Source: a virus
Direction: 5' to 3' (one strand)
Length of the DNA stretch: 64,000 nucleotides
IMG/VR virus record: IMGVR_UViG_3300045944_000276
Span: 2,514-66,513 of that record
Below the pieces are notes generated by a model. The model was not told the origin of the DNA. It saw nothing but the letters and a program-made list of their open reading frames with translations, and searched no databases. The position numbers and the translations under genes were made by a program. Below, in pieces: positions 45,940 to 55,365 of the stretch. Position 1 is the first letter of the stretch. Every line of letters starts with the position of its first letter.

Positions 45940-46126
45940 AACCGACAACTTCGTCGCGCAGCTACCGGCGATCGTCCTCGATCCTGCCGATCTCGCCTAC
46001 CGTAACGGCCTGGTGCGGGCAACGATACAGATCCGCGAGCAGATGGTGGCGTGGGCTGAGTTCGCCCGCACGCTCGAGCGCGAGTTGAACATGAGCGTGC
46101 CCAGAGAATGGACGGAGAGGAAATGA
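45923..46126 (+). CDS. C-terminal half of the split early gene
   Basis: TPRTDNFVAQLPAIVLDPADL matches 8733-8990. AAGGAG RBS. Confidence 0.7.
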   Translation: MSKTPRTDNFVAQLPAIVLDPADLAYRNGLVRATIQIREQMVAWAEFARTLERELNMSVPREWTERK

Positions 46127-47082
46127 ACACCAGTACGTCGCTAGTCCCGCTGCAGGACATGCAGCGCATGGCAGAGGCGATCGCCAAGTCGCAGCTCTTC
46201 GGCATGAAGACCGCCGACCAGGCGCTCGCGTTGATGATCGTCGCGCAGGCCGAGGGCCGGCACCCTGGAAGCGTCGCTTCCGACTACCACATCATCCAGG
46301 GCCGGCCGGCGCTGAAGGCCGACGCGATCCTCGGGCGCTTCCAGGATTCCGGGGGCATCGTCAAGTGGACCGCCTACACCGATACCAAGGTGTGCGGCCA
46401 GTTCAGCCATCCGAAGAGCCCGACCCCGGTGACAGTGGAGTGGACGATCGACATGGCGCGCCGCGCCAACCTCGCCAACAAGGAAAACTGGAAAACCTAC
46501 CCGCGCGCGATGCTGCGCTCGCGCGTCATCAGCGAGGGTGTGCGAACCTGCTTCCCGTCGGTTTGCAGCGGTGTCTACACGCCGGAGGAAGTGCGGGATT
46601 TCACCAGCGTCGAGCACGACATCACCCCGGAGGTGCCGTTGCCGTCCGCCCCGATCACGCCCACGACCGGCGCCCTGGATGCACTGACCGCCGAGCGCCA
46701 GGAAGTAGTCATGGCGACCGCGGCGGGAATCCGCACGTGCTTGTCCGAGTCCCGCCCGATGGACGCCTACGCGCTCTGCGAGACCTCCGGCTTCGACAAC
46801 GACGAGAAGGTCGCGCTCTGGTCGCTCCTCGACAGCAAGGCGCGCGCGGCCATCAAGCGCATGGCCGCCGCGGAGAAGGCGGCCGAGCGCGGCGCCATCA
46901 GCGAGCCGCAGAAAAAGCGCCTGGAGGCGCTGGTGAAGGAATACCAGCTCGACCGCGAGAAGGTGAAGGACTACTGCAAGAAGGCCTACGGGAAGGAGCA
47001 CTTCGGCGACCTGACGCCGGCCGAGTACACGGACCTCGAGCAAACGCTGAAGGCGCTGAAGGAAGATCAGGAAGCGGCGTAA
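46123..47082 (+). CDS. RecT/Bet-like annealing protein
   Basis: AEAIAKS.LF...IIQGRP..KAD...A..A.L..K.NW..YPRAML.SR......R..FP....G.Y.PEE. Confidence 0.78.
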   Translation: MNTSTSLVPLQDMQRMAEAIAKSQLFGMKTADQALALMIVAQAEGRHPGSVASDYHIIQGRPALKADAILGRFQDSGGIVKWTAYTDTKVCGQFSHPKSPTPVTVEWTIDMARRANLANKENWKTYPRAMLRSRVISEGVRTCFPSVCSGVYTPEEVRDFTSVEHDITPEVPLPSAPITPTTGALDALTAERQEVVMATAAGIRTCLSESRPMDAYALCETSGFDNDEKVALWSLLDSKARAAIKRMAAAEKAAERGAISEPQKKRLEALVKEYQLDREKVKDYCKKAYGKEHFGDLTPAEYTDLEQTLKALKEDQEAA

Positions 47083-47095
47083 GGAGCGCGAGATC

Positions 47096-47392
47096 ATGGC
47101 AATCTGGAAAGACGCAGAAGCAGCCGACAAGGCTCTGGCGGTTCTGCAGACCTTCGTCCAGCGCGGCGCCCCGGCGCCCGAAGCGGTGACGCACGTGCAC
47201 CTGAACCCGGTACGCTACGTGCTGGTCCACCTGGCCGCGGCCGTCACCGGATACACGGAAGCGGCAATACGCCGCAAGATCCACGAGGGGGTGTGGCGCG
47301 AGGGCCGCGAATGGGTGCGCGCGCCCGATGAGAGAATTCTGATAGACCTGGAAGGGGTCACTAAATGGGTAGTCGAAGAACGGTCAAGGTAG
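47096..47392 (+). CDS. Excisionase-like protein
   Basis: AA.VTGYTEAAIRRKI.EGVWREG.EW.RAPD.RILID. Confidence 0.85.
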   Translation: MAIWKDAEAADKALAVLQTFVQRGAPAPEAVTHVHLNPVRYVLVHLAAAVTGYTEAAIRRKIHEGVWREGREWVRAPDERILIDLEGVTKWVVEERSR

Positions 47393-48633
47393 ATGTCCGT
47401 GCAAAAAGCATTCGCCTGATCTTTACGTGGGAGGGGGTTCAACGCTTCGAGTCCTTGCCAGGCGGCATCACCCCGCCCGAGCAGCGCGCGGCGCGTCGAG
47501 TGGCTGCGCAGTTGCTGCGCGCGCTCGAGTCGGGCACGTTTTCCTATCACGAGTTCTTCCCCGATTCGCCGAACGCAGGTGCAAGCGGCGAGCGCACGGT
47601 GCGCCACTACGGGGAGCTCTGGCACGCCTCCAAGGGCGCGCTCGCGGAAGCCACGCGCTACCAGTACCAGGGGGCGCTCGATTTCTGGTATGCGCAGCCG
47701 CTTGATCCGGGGCGGACGAGATTTCTCCTTGGAGATGCGGAGGTCACGCGCGTGCGCCACAGCCAGCTGGCCGCGCTCGTGGGGCGTCATCCATGGCCGT
47801 CAAACCGCATGATGAACAATCGACTGATACCGTTACGGGGGCTTTTCGAAATGGCATCCAAGGACTGCGGAGTATCCGATCCGTCCGATGGCATCAAGGC
47901 CGGGCGCGTGCAGAAGGCGCCGCCCGATCCGTTGGACGGCGAGGAGCGCGAGATCATCCTGGCCGATCTGGCCGAGCACTATCAGCCAAACATCGTGAAC
48001 TACTTCGAGTTCGCCTTCCTGACGGGGCTGCGCCCGGAGGAAGAGGTGGCGCTTCTGTGGCGCGACTACGAGGCGCGTCGCGGCTCGGTGCGCGTTGAGC
48101 GCGCGCGGAGCTTCCGGGGGCGGGTCAAGCCCACGAAGACCTACGAGGTCCGGGATCTCGAGTTGACCACCAGGGCGCGCGCCGTGCTCGAGCGCCAGCG
48201 CGTGCTGACCGGGAAGAGCGCCCACGGCCACATCTTCGAGAACCCGCAGACGGGGAACCCCTGGTATGACGGCCGGAGCCAGCGCGAGGAGTACTGGGAT
48301 CGCGTCTTCGAGCGGGTCGGAATCCGCGCGCGCGTGCCCTACCAGACGCGCCACACGTACGCGACGCTCGCGCTGATGGGCGGGGTGAATCCCGCCTACA
48401 TCGCGCGCCAGCTCGGGCACAAGAACACCAAGATGCTGTACGAGACCTACGCCAAGTGGATCGACGGCGCCGATCGCGGGCGCGAGCTGGCGAAACTGGA
48501 GGACGTGCACGGAGCCGTACCGGTGCGTGAGTACGTGCCGGTGCCGGCCGGGCGGCCGGCCAAGCCTGGCGCGAAGCGCTCAGATGCGAAGTTGAAACTC
48601 GTCCGCGGCGCGTTGAAGGGACCGAAGGATTGA
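47365..48633 (+). CDS. int: Tyrosine integrase 2
   Basis: SIRL.F.W arm-binding N-terminus. TGLRPEE, YQTRHTYAT, QLGH...Y motifs. Confidence 0.93.
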   Translation: MGSRRTVKVDVRAKSIRLIFTWEGVQRFESLPGGITPPEQRAARRVAAQLLRALESGTFSYHEFFPDSPNAGASGERTVRHYGELWHASKGALAEATRYQYQGALDFWYAQPLDPGRTRFLLGDAEVTRVRHSQLAALVGRHPWPSNRMMNNRLIPLRGLFEMASKDCGVSDPSDGIKAGRVQKAPPDPLDGEEREIILADLAEHYQPNIVNYFEFAFLTGLRPEEEVALLWRDYEARRGSVRVERARSFRGRVKPTKTYEVRDLELTTRARAVLERQRVLTGKSAHGHIFENPQTGNPWYDGRSQREEYWDRVFERVGIRARVPYQTRHTYATLALMGGVNPAYIARQLGHKNTKMLYETYAKWIDGADRGRELAKLEDVHGAVPVREYVPVPAGRPAKPGAKRSDAKLKLVRGALKGPKD

Positions 48634-48635
48634 CG

Positions 48636-49025
48636 ATGAGTGAGCTGAAAGACCCGAAAACACTGGAAGCGATCGACAAGATACGCGCGATCCTCACCGA
48701 GTATGACCTATGGGGCTGCATAAGCGTATGTAGCACGACGCGCACGCACTGGGCCTACCACTTCGAGTCAAGCTGGTCTTGCCTGCATTTCGACCCGGAA
48801 ACCGGGGCGGCACGCGTACGCGCCAAGCGCGCCGACTTCCAGAGCGCCACTGGACAGCATTACGTCGTCGAACAGACGGTCGGCGCGATCTTCAACACGC
48901 GCGATTACGCTGCGATGCTGTTCAAGCACATGGATATGATGGCCGAGCTGCTCGACAAGCAGGGGCTCGGCATCGAGCATCACCCATTCCAAGACGTGCA
49001 ATTCGTGCCGCCGAAGAAGCCCTGA
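48636..49025 (+). CDS. Hypothetical protein
   Basis: ORF with AAGGA RBS after the integrase. Confidence 0.6.
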   Translation: MSELKDPKTLEAIDKIRAILTEYDLWGCISVCSTTRTHWAYHFESSWSCLHFDPETGAARVRAKRADFQSATGQHYVVEQTVGAIFNTRDYAAMLFKHMDMMAELLDKQGLGIEHHPFQDVQFVPPKKP

Positions 49026-49043
49026 CGCGCGGCGCGCTGAAGG

Positions 49044-49298
49044 ATGAGACCCACTCGCAAGCTGACCGACAGCCGCTGCCAGTGCTCGGGCTGTAACGAG
49101 TATTTCAACTCCGATACCGCCTTCGACATGCACCGCACTGGTGAGTTTGGGAAAGACCGGCGTTGCATGACACCGGCTGAGATGTTGAAAGCCGGGATGG
49201 CCAAGAACGCGGACGATTGGTGGATCACCGAACCCTACGACGGATGGGCCAGGGAGCCGCGGGAGGACGCGCAGGACGCGTTGGAAGGCAACGGTTGA
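49044..49298 (+). CDS. FDxHR-type zinc-binding phage protein
   Basis: Homologue of 12760-13011. Confidence 0.8.
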   Translation: MRPTRKLTDSRCQCSGCNEYFNSDTAFDMHRTGEFGKDRRCMTPAEMLKAGMAKNADDWWITEPYDGWAREPREDAQDALEGNG

Positions 49299-49318
49299 GG
49301 GGTAGGTCTACCCGCACC

Positions 49319-49344
49319 GCCCGGACGCGCTCCGGGCTTTTTTT
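49319..49344 (+). terminator. Intrinsic terminator
   Basis: gcccgga-cgcgc-tccgggc followed by T7. Confidence 0.75.
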
Positions 49345-49352
49345 CGCGGGCC

Positions 49353-49534
49353 ATTATGCCAGTATTATGCCAGACGCTCGTAAGTCATTGATTTTATGGT
49401 AGGCGCGATTGGAATCGAATCATTAAATCAAGGACTTAGCGATATTTCCGGGTTATCGCTTCATAGATAAACAGGGATGTTCGACTACCCCCGATAACCG
49501 GGTTTTTTTGGCCATTATGCCGGCCATTATGCCA
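49353..49534. other. attP of integrase 2 (intact) with a tRNA 3'-end core
   Basis: The core 49397-49419 reads TTCGATTCCAATCGCGCCTACCA on the minus strand (T-loop to CCA, resembling proteobacterial tRNA-Val GAC). ATTATGCC pairs flank it on both sides. IHF boxes at 49381 and 49426. Confidence 0.8.
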
Positions 49535-49544
49535 GAGGGCCGAT

Positions 49545-49560
49545 CGTTCCACGTGTAACC
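49545..49560. promoter_or_regulatory. parS-like palindrome CGTTCCACGTGTAACC
   Basis: Exact GTTNCACGTGNAAC match. Intergenic, next to attP. Confidence 0.65.
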
Positions 49561-49561
49561 C

Positions 49562-49759
49562 TCACGGCTCCGGCCCGCCGGGCGCGACGCGGTAGTGCTC
49601 GAGCTGGCCGTCGGGCTGGCACTGGTAGCTCGTCGTGACGGTGCGCTCGTAGGTGCAGGCGCCCTCGACCTTGAACCCGCTGCAGCCGGCGAGGATCATC
49701 AGGACGAACGCGATCCCGATCAGCACGAGCCCGAGCGCGACCACGTAACGGAACCACAT
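49562..49759 (-). CDS. Small lipoprotein at the end of the late operon
   Basis: LAGC lipobox. Homologue of 15524-15739. Confidence 0.75.
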   Translation of the reverse strand: MWFRYVVALGLVLIGIAFVLMILAGCSGFKVEGACTYERTVTTSYQCQPDGQLEHYRVAPGGPEP

Positions 49760-49763
49760 TGGT

Positions 49764-49934
49764 TCACCCGGCGGGCGGCGGCGCGGGCGGTCCCGCCTTC
49801 ACGATTTCCTGGCCTGTCAATTTCAACCAGAGCGCCAACGATTCGGCGAGCGGACGTTGCGCCAGAACTTGCGCCACGTATTCCACTTCCTGTTCCGTCA
49901 TCGTCCCATTCGTTCCGTTCGGCTTGTCGCTCAT
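49764..49934 (-). CDS. Small protein after the tail fibre
   Basis: Homologue of 15723-15896. Confidence 0.7.
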   Translation of the reverse strand: MSDKPNGTNGTMTEQEVEYVAQVLAQRPLAESLALWLKLTGQEIVKAGPPAPPPAG

Positions 49935-51052
49935 TGTTTCGCCTCTAGCGCCTTGATCCGCGCGATAAGTCTAGGGATCACGGAATTAATGCGTTGTTGC
50001 AGCCGGTGACTGTATACGGCGCGCGTGCCCTCTACCGTCGTCACCAGCGATTGATCGAGTGCTTCCAGCTCCTGCGCGATAACGTCGTCCGTTTCGTAGG
50101 TCGGATCGCTCACGTAGCTGAACCGTTTGAACTGCAACTGCTCGACGAACGCGGTGTAATCAGGCGAGGGAACGATGTTCTGTTTCACGTTGGCATCGCT
50201 CCAGTTGGAGTTAGCAGACTGATTGTTATAGATGCCGCTGTTTGACATGACGCCAAACCTGTATCCCGCGCTGTTGGCACCCGTAATGAAATTACAGGAA
50301 CTATTATCGCCCACGCTCGGCAACATCAAATGAATTCCGTGACCACTAGTCGGCGCGCTGTTCCTGACGCGAAGCCCATACAAGCCGCCATCAACATTAT
50401 TGTTGAATTCGTGCTCACTAACTCCGGCTGCTGGGGCCTGATTGCCCACCGCTTTGAACGCGCCGGTAGCGCGAAAGATTAAGAGCGTAGTGCCAAGATC
50501 ATTGCCAGCGTCACCGAATCGGTTTAGCTGAAAATCGGAACCAGCATTGCCAGATGACTCAGCGTCGCCGTTCCCAAACATCATTCTCCAGCGCATTGAA
50601 GTGTTTGTATAACTGCGAATCTGACACGTTTTCCCGCTGCCATCATTCTGAATATCAATAAATGCGTGCCCGTTGCCGTTAGCCTTTAACGTCAGAAAGT
50701 TGGCAGCAATATTCATGGACCCCTGGCCGGACCTATAAATCCCCAATCCCGGCTCGCTCGCGAACGCAATCGACGGCGCGGCGAACGTGCCGTCAGGGAA
50801 TCGCGACACGGAAACATTCGTCGTCGGATTGATCCCGCCGATGATCGTGTCGCCGGTCGCCGTCGCGAGTTTCAGTTTCCAATCCGACGCGCTCGTCTGA
50901 TCGACCCACAGCATACCTGGCGAAGCATAGGAGGGCCGCGCTGCGCCTGCATGGGTGGAGTGGACTGCAGTGCGCCACTGATTCAGGTCGGAGGCGAGCT
51001 GCGTCCCTGTCTTGACGTTGGGGTCGATGGTTCCGAAATCGAATTGACTCAT
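49931..51052 (-). CDS. Tail fibre/receptor-binding protein with S74-like chaperone
   Basis: N-terminal about 110 aa shared with 15893-17362. Ends SDANVKQNI...VIAQELE. Confidence 0.85.
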   Translation of the reverse strand: MSQFDFGTIDPNVKTGTQLASDLNQWRTAVHSTHAGAARPSYASPGMLWVDQTSASDWKLKLATATGDTIIGGINPTTNVSVSRFPDGTFAAPSIAFASEPGLGIYRSGQGSMNIAANFLTLKANGNGHAFIDIQNDGSGKTCQIRSYTNTSMRWRMMFGNGDAESSGNAGSDFQLNRFGDAGNDLGTTLLIFRATGAFKAVGNQAPAAGVSEHEFNNNVDGGLYGLRVRNSAPTSGHGIHLMLPSVGDNSSCNFITGANSAGYRFGVMSNSGIYNNQSANSNWSDANVKQNIVPSPDYTAFVEQLQFKRFSYVSDPTYETDDVIAQELEALDQSLVTTVEGTRAVYSHRLQQRINSVIPRLIARIKALEAKQ

Positions 51053-54000
51053 GCTGCTCTCCTTGTGATGACGCGCTGTGCAGCCCCTCGCGTGCCCCTG
51101 CGTGTCAGCGCATCTATCACGCGTGTTGACTCCATGCCATAGCCCTTCGCGAGCCAGTCGAACTGGCGCGCAACCGATCCCGCGCCGTTGAAGAACTCGA
51201 GATCGAAGCCGTTACGGTCGGCGTTGCTGATGACGTGCCGATCCCCAACGCTCACGTTGTCGCCAGTGATCCCGAGCGCCGGGCGCTCCTTGAATGCAGG
51301 CTGATAGAGGATGCGCATCCCGCCGGCAGGACAGTGCACATCGTATTGACCGTCCACGCGGTCGGTCATGTCGATGTCGATCTGCGCCCCGCCGATTAAC
51401 GCGCCCACGTCGGCGACGACATCCGGCCCGATGTATTCCGCGATCAGGCGAAACTGGAATTGCTGCCCGATGTAGTCGCCGACCTGGAAGCGCCGCCAGG
51501 CCCCGAAGTTGGCCTCCCCCACGCCGATCGGATCGGCGCTCGCCAGTGGCTCCCAATCGGACATCGTGCCCTCGACCGTCACCCAGCGGATCTCGTGCCA
51601 CACGTCCACGAGCTCGGCAATCGATTCGACCGTGCCCGAGTCGAGGACGACCGAGCCGCCGATCGGCGCCGCCGCCGCCAACGGAATCCAGAATGCCATC
51701 GTGGAATTCGCGCTCACCGCACCGCCCGTGATCTTGGAAGTGAAGCGCGTCTGAAAGATCGCGCCCCCGTCGTAGATGTCGGCGTAGTAATACTCCGCGC
51801 GCCGCACGTATTCGCCTGGCGTCGTCTGCACCGTCTCGAGCGCGCCGTCCGTCACCTTGAAATTGCTCTTGATCCCGTGCCAGCCCTCCGGCTTGTCGTC
51901 CCACGTATCGATCACGTTCAACTGCCAGATGTTCTCCCCCGGCGTGAACGAGCTCGCGAACTCGTCCGAGCGGTTGCCGCTCGTATCGATCGTCTTGATG
52001 TAATACGTCCCCAGCCTGCTCGGGACATCCATGGAGCGCGTCGGGTAAGCGATCTGCGGCGCGAGGAGCGTCGATGCGCCATAGGCCGCGCCAGCGACGC
52101 GCGGGTCGTAGCGCACCTCGTAGAAGTCCACGTCCGGGTTGTCCGGATGCTCCCAGTTGAGCGTGATGGTGTCGCGCTTGAGATCGAGCTCGAACATCGG
52201 CGGCGCGCTGGGCTTGGTGAAGTCCCCGATCAGGTTGTCGCACGTCGCGGGCGTCTCGTAGATCGTGCGCTTCGCGCCGAAGGCGTTGACGCCGAGCACC
52301 CACACGCAGAAATGCGTCCCCGGATACGAGCGCAGCACGGAGAGATCCACGTCCTGCAGCCATTGCATGTTCGGCGCATTGGAGCGCCCGAGCAGGAACG
52401 GCGTGCCGCCCTCGTGAAGATCCCACGCCACCCAGACCTCGTAGGTAACAGCCGTGGGCGCTACGTAGTCGCGCCAATCGAATGACACAGTGAGCAGCGG
52501 GCGACGGTTCGCGTAGACGATCTTCTGCAGCACCGTGACGCGCGATATCGCTGGCGGCGCAATCAGCGACAGGTCCGAATCGACTACCGGATCGTAGGGC
52601 GGGATCGCGCCCGTGTCCGCGCCGTGGATCGCCGCGCCCGCGTAGGGAACGAGCGTCAACGAGGCCGCCAGGTCCGGCTGCGGGTTGATCGCCGCGACCA
52701 GGAACGGATAGGTCACGCGCGACATCTCTCCCCAGACATGGAGATCCCCGATCTCGACGTTCCCGATCGGAACGGCCGGCCGCACGGTGTAGGGATCGAT
52801 CTGCTCGGCAAACTGCCCCTGCTGGATGACGCCAGCGATCGAGCGCATCGTGAAGCCGTAGGCGCCCGGATTCCCGCCGAAGTCCACGGGCTCGGTCAGC
52901 GTCCACTGAACGGCGACGTTCCCGCTGTAGACGACATCCTTGATGCGCGAGGGGAGTCCGCCGAGCATCGGCACGTCGTGCGCGACGTGAACGAGATCGC
53001 CGCGCGTGCAGATCAAGTTCTCCAGGTCCACGTCGAGCGTCCACGTCTCCTGGCGATGGATGGCCTGCGCCATGCGGTAGCGCGCGTCGCACCAGACCTG
53101 GTAGTCGCGCGTGACGCCGGGGAACTCGATCTGCTCGAATACGGCTGCGTTGCTGAAGTCATAGCCGTCGTTGTAGACGACGAACTCCTCGATCTTCCAG
53201 GTGTGCCGGTTCATGAACTTCGCGCGGAAGCCGTGCGGCGCCTCGATGAAGGTGCGCGTCCCGCTGAAGCTTCTGGAGTTGTGCGGCGTGAATACCTGCA
53301 CAGGCGTGGACTTCGGCTGATCGATGATGACGCGCAGCTTCCCGTCGCCGGGCGTAAGCGTCGCGCGCCCGCTCGCCGTGATCGTCTGGGCCAGAGCGAA
53401 GATCGTCGTGTTGTAATCGACGACGTGATCGAACTTGGCGCGCATCTGTCCCGTCGCCGGGTGCGTGGAGTCGCAGTAGTCGGCCCAGTCGATGAAGCTC
53501 TGCCAGTCGATCTTGGCGTCCGCTATGGGGCGCTTGTTCATCTTCCCGCGCAGCACCTCGAGCAGACACCAGGCGGGATTGTTGGAGATTTCGTAGCGCC
53601 ACGCCCCGGCCCGATAGACCGTGAGATACGACTGCGCGAAGCACGAGAGCTCCTCCAGGACGCCGCTCACCTGGTCGTTGGCCTTCACGCGGAGCTCGAG
53701 GAGCGTGTGCTCGTTTCGCAGGTTGATGGTGGGCACGTTGCCGAGGATCGTCGTCACGCTCGCGAGCAGCATGTCGCCGTAGGTCGTGCGGTCGTCGCCG
53801 GCCCCCATCGTCTGCATGGCGCGGATGGAGTAACGCTTGCCACCTACCCATGAATCGTAGACCGGGCGCACCGAGACCGAGAGCGCCAGTTGCTGGATGC
53901 GCGAGTCGCGGACCTCGTAGGCGCCGCTGGTATCGTAGAGCGTGACCAGAGGCGGCGATGCGTATGTTTCGCTCTCCCCTCCGTCCTCGCCCGTCGTAAC

Positions 54001-55365
54001 GAGCCATACCTGCGTGATGATTTCCGTCTGCAGCGGCGGCGAGATACTGTGCGACTGTGCCGTGGTCGTCACCGTGCCGTTCACGGTATAGGTCGTGCCG
54101 TTGTGGGCGAACTTCGACCCGTAAGGCATCGTGATGCTGGTCGAGCGCAGCACGAGCGATGTCGCGCCGACCGGGTAGCCGTCCGTTTTCGTATAGGTGC
54201 GTTGCCTGACTATGCGCGGCCCCACGCGCGGCACGCGCAGGTCGCCGCCTTGTCCATCGTCCGGCGGGCCTCCCCAGTTGCCCTCGGAGTCGTCCGGATT
54301 CGGTGAGGAGCCGTCATAGTCGGAACGCAACTGCTGCCCGCCACTGACTTCGGCATTCGCTCCCGATGGCTGATTGATCGGGCGCGAACTCCACCACTGA
54401 TAGGCGCCCTCGACCGGTCGCCAGTTCTCCTGTCCGTAGTCGGCATACTGCAGATGGAACTTGACGATGTTCTGAAGAGTCGCGCCGGTATTCTGGTCGA
54501 TCGCCGCGATGCCGGTCGGAAACAGGAACGTAACGATGAAGTAGCCGGCGTCGATGACGGTATCGACCTGACTCCACGCCGAGCTCGAGAGCTTCAGGTT
54601 ATAGGCGTCGTCGTGACGCGCGCCCCAATACCAGGAGAGGGTCGGCGTCTTGGTGTTGCGGTGAACGTTGTAGCTCGCATTCTGGAAGTAGCCGATGTGC
54701 GAGGCGCCGATGCGAACATCGGACACTTCGTAGTCGCCCGCCCCGATGTCGTAGAGCGTCGTCATGTATTGATCGTCGCCGTAGACCTCCACGATCGGGC
54801 GGCCGACGACAGTGGGCCAGATGCGGTGCGTCCCGAAGATCCGGCGCACCGGGCCGAACGGGTCGATCAGGTTCGACTGTCCCTGCAGCGAGTAAGTCGG
54901 CGAGGCGCCCGCACTGCTGGTCGATGCGCTCGCGGCAGAGATCGACGGCTGCGAGGGCTTGAAGAGCGCGCCCAACGCCAGGTTAGCGACCATGCCGATG
55001 CCGGCGGCGAGCACCTGTCCGTAGGTGACCCCGAACGCGATCGTTGTGCCTGCCGATGCCCCGAGTATCGCGCCCGCCGCGACCGGAGCGACGACTGCAA
55101 TCGCAATCGAGGCGATCAACGCCAGCGCGTTCTTCTTCCCGCCCCCGCCCTTGCCGGGGACGATGGCAACGATGACGGTCGTGTGCTCCTTGGGCGTGAC
55201 GCTCGGCCACCACTCGCGCGGGACATCGACGCCGTTCACGGTGACGACGATGAACTCGTGGTCGATCGCGGGCGCGAAGGCCTCCACCAGGTCAGCGCAC
55301 GTCTTGCCCTCTTCGGCGAAGCCGCGCGAGCGCCGCCGGTCGAGCCGCTGCGTCAGAACTTCCAT
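51049..55365 (-). CDS. Tail tip/host-specificity protein
   Basis: Close homologue of 17359-21690. Confidence 0.88.
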   Translation of the reverse strand: MEVLTQRLDRRRSRGFAEEGKTCADLVEAFAPAIDHEFIVVTVNGVDVPREWWPSVTPKEHTTVIVAIVPGKGGGGKKNALALIASIAIAVVAPVAAGAILGASAGTTIAFGVTYGQVLAAGIGMVANLALGALFKPSQPSISAASASTSSAGASPTYSLQGQSNLIDPFGPVRRIFGTHRIWPTVVGRPIVEVYGDDQYMTTLYDIGAGDYEVSDVRIGASHIGYFQNASYNVHRNTKTPTLSWYWGARHDDAYNLKLSSSAWSQVDTVIDAGYFIVTFLFPTGIAAIDQNTGATLQNIVKFHLQYADYGQENWRPVEGAYQWWSSRPINQPSGANAEVSGGQQLRSDYDGSSPNPDDSEGNWGGPPDDGQGGDLRVPRVGPRIVRQRTYTKTDGYPVGATSLVLRSTSITMPYGSKFAHNGTTYTVNGTVTTTAQSHSISPPLQTEIITQVWLVTTGEDGGESETYASPPLVTLYDTSGAYEVRDSRIQQLALSVSVRPVYDSWVGGKRYSIRAMQTMGAGDDRTTYGDMLLASVTTILGNVPTINLRNEHTLLELRVKANDQVSGVLEELSCFAQSYLTVYRAGAWRYEISNNPAWCLLEVLRGKMNKRPIADAKIDWQSFIDWADYCDSTHPATGQMRAKFDHVVDYNTTIFALAQTITASGRATLTPGDGKLRVIIDQPKSTPVQVFTPHNSRSFSGTRTFIEAPHGFRAKFMNRHTWKIEEFVVYNDGYDFSNAAVFEQIEFPGVTRDYQVWCDARYRMAQAIHRQETWTLDVDLENLICTRGDLVHVAHDVPMLGGLPSRIKDVVYSGNVAVQWTLTEPVDFGGNPGAYGFTMRSIAGVIQQGQFAEQIDPYTVRPAVPIGNVEIGDLHVWGEMSRVTYPFLVAAINPQPDLAASLTLVPYAGAAIHGADTGAIPPYDPVVDSDLSLIAPPAISRVTVLQKIVYANRRPLLTVSFDWRDYVAPTAVTYEVWVAWDLHEGGTPFLLGRSNAPNMQWLQDVDLSVLRSYPGTHFCVWVLGVNAFGAKRTIYETPATCDNLIGDFTKPSAPPMFELDLKRDTITLNWEHPDNPDVDFYEVRYDPRVAGAAYGASTLLAPQIAYPTRSMDVPSRLGTYYIKTIDTSGNRSDEFASSFTPGENIWQLNVIDTWDDKPEGWHGIKSNFKVTDGALETVQTTPGEYVRRAEYYYADIYDGGAIFQTRFTSKITGGAVSANSTMAFWIPLAAAAPIGGSVVLDSGTVESIAELVDVWHEIRWVTVEGTMSDWEPLASADPIGVGEANFGAWRRFQVGDYIGQQFQFRLIAEYIGPDVVADVGALIGGAQIDIDMTDRVDGQYDVHCPAGGMRILYQPAFKERPALGITGDNVSVGDRHVISNADRNGFDLEFFNGAGSVARQFDWLAKGYGMESTRVIDALTRRGTRGAAQRVITRRAA

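Noticed and set aside
49397-49419. tRNA gene
   Set aside because: Only the T-loop-to-CCA 23 nt are present. It is an att core.
12533-49534. A single integrated prophage bounded by attL and attR
   Set aside because: The two att regions share no core or arm sequence, each has arms on both sides, and phage genes continue beyond both.
50181-50196. Fifth parS-like site TGTTTCACGTTGGCAT
   Set aside because: Only a half-site match, inside variable tail-fibre coding sequence.
15893-51052. Diversity-generating retroelement or invertase-based tail-fibre switching
   Set aside because: No reverse transcriptase, no template/variable repeat pair with adenine-specific mismatches, and no serine invertase or inverted fibre cassettes were seen.
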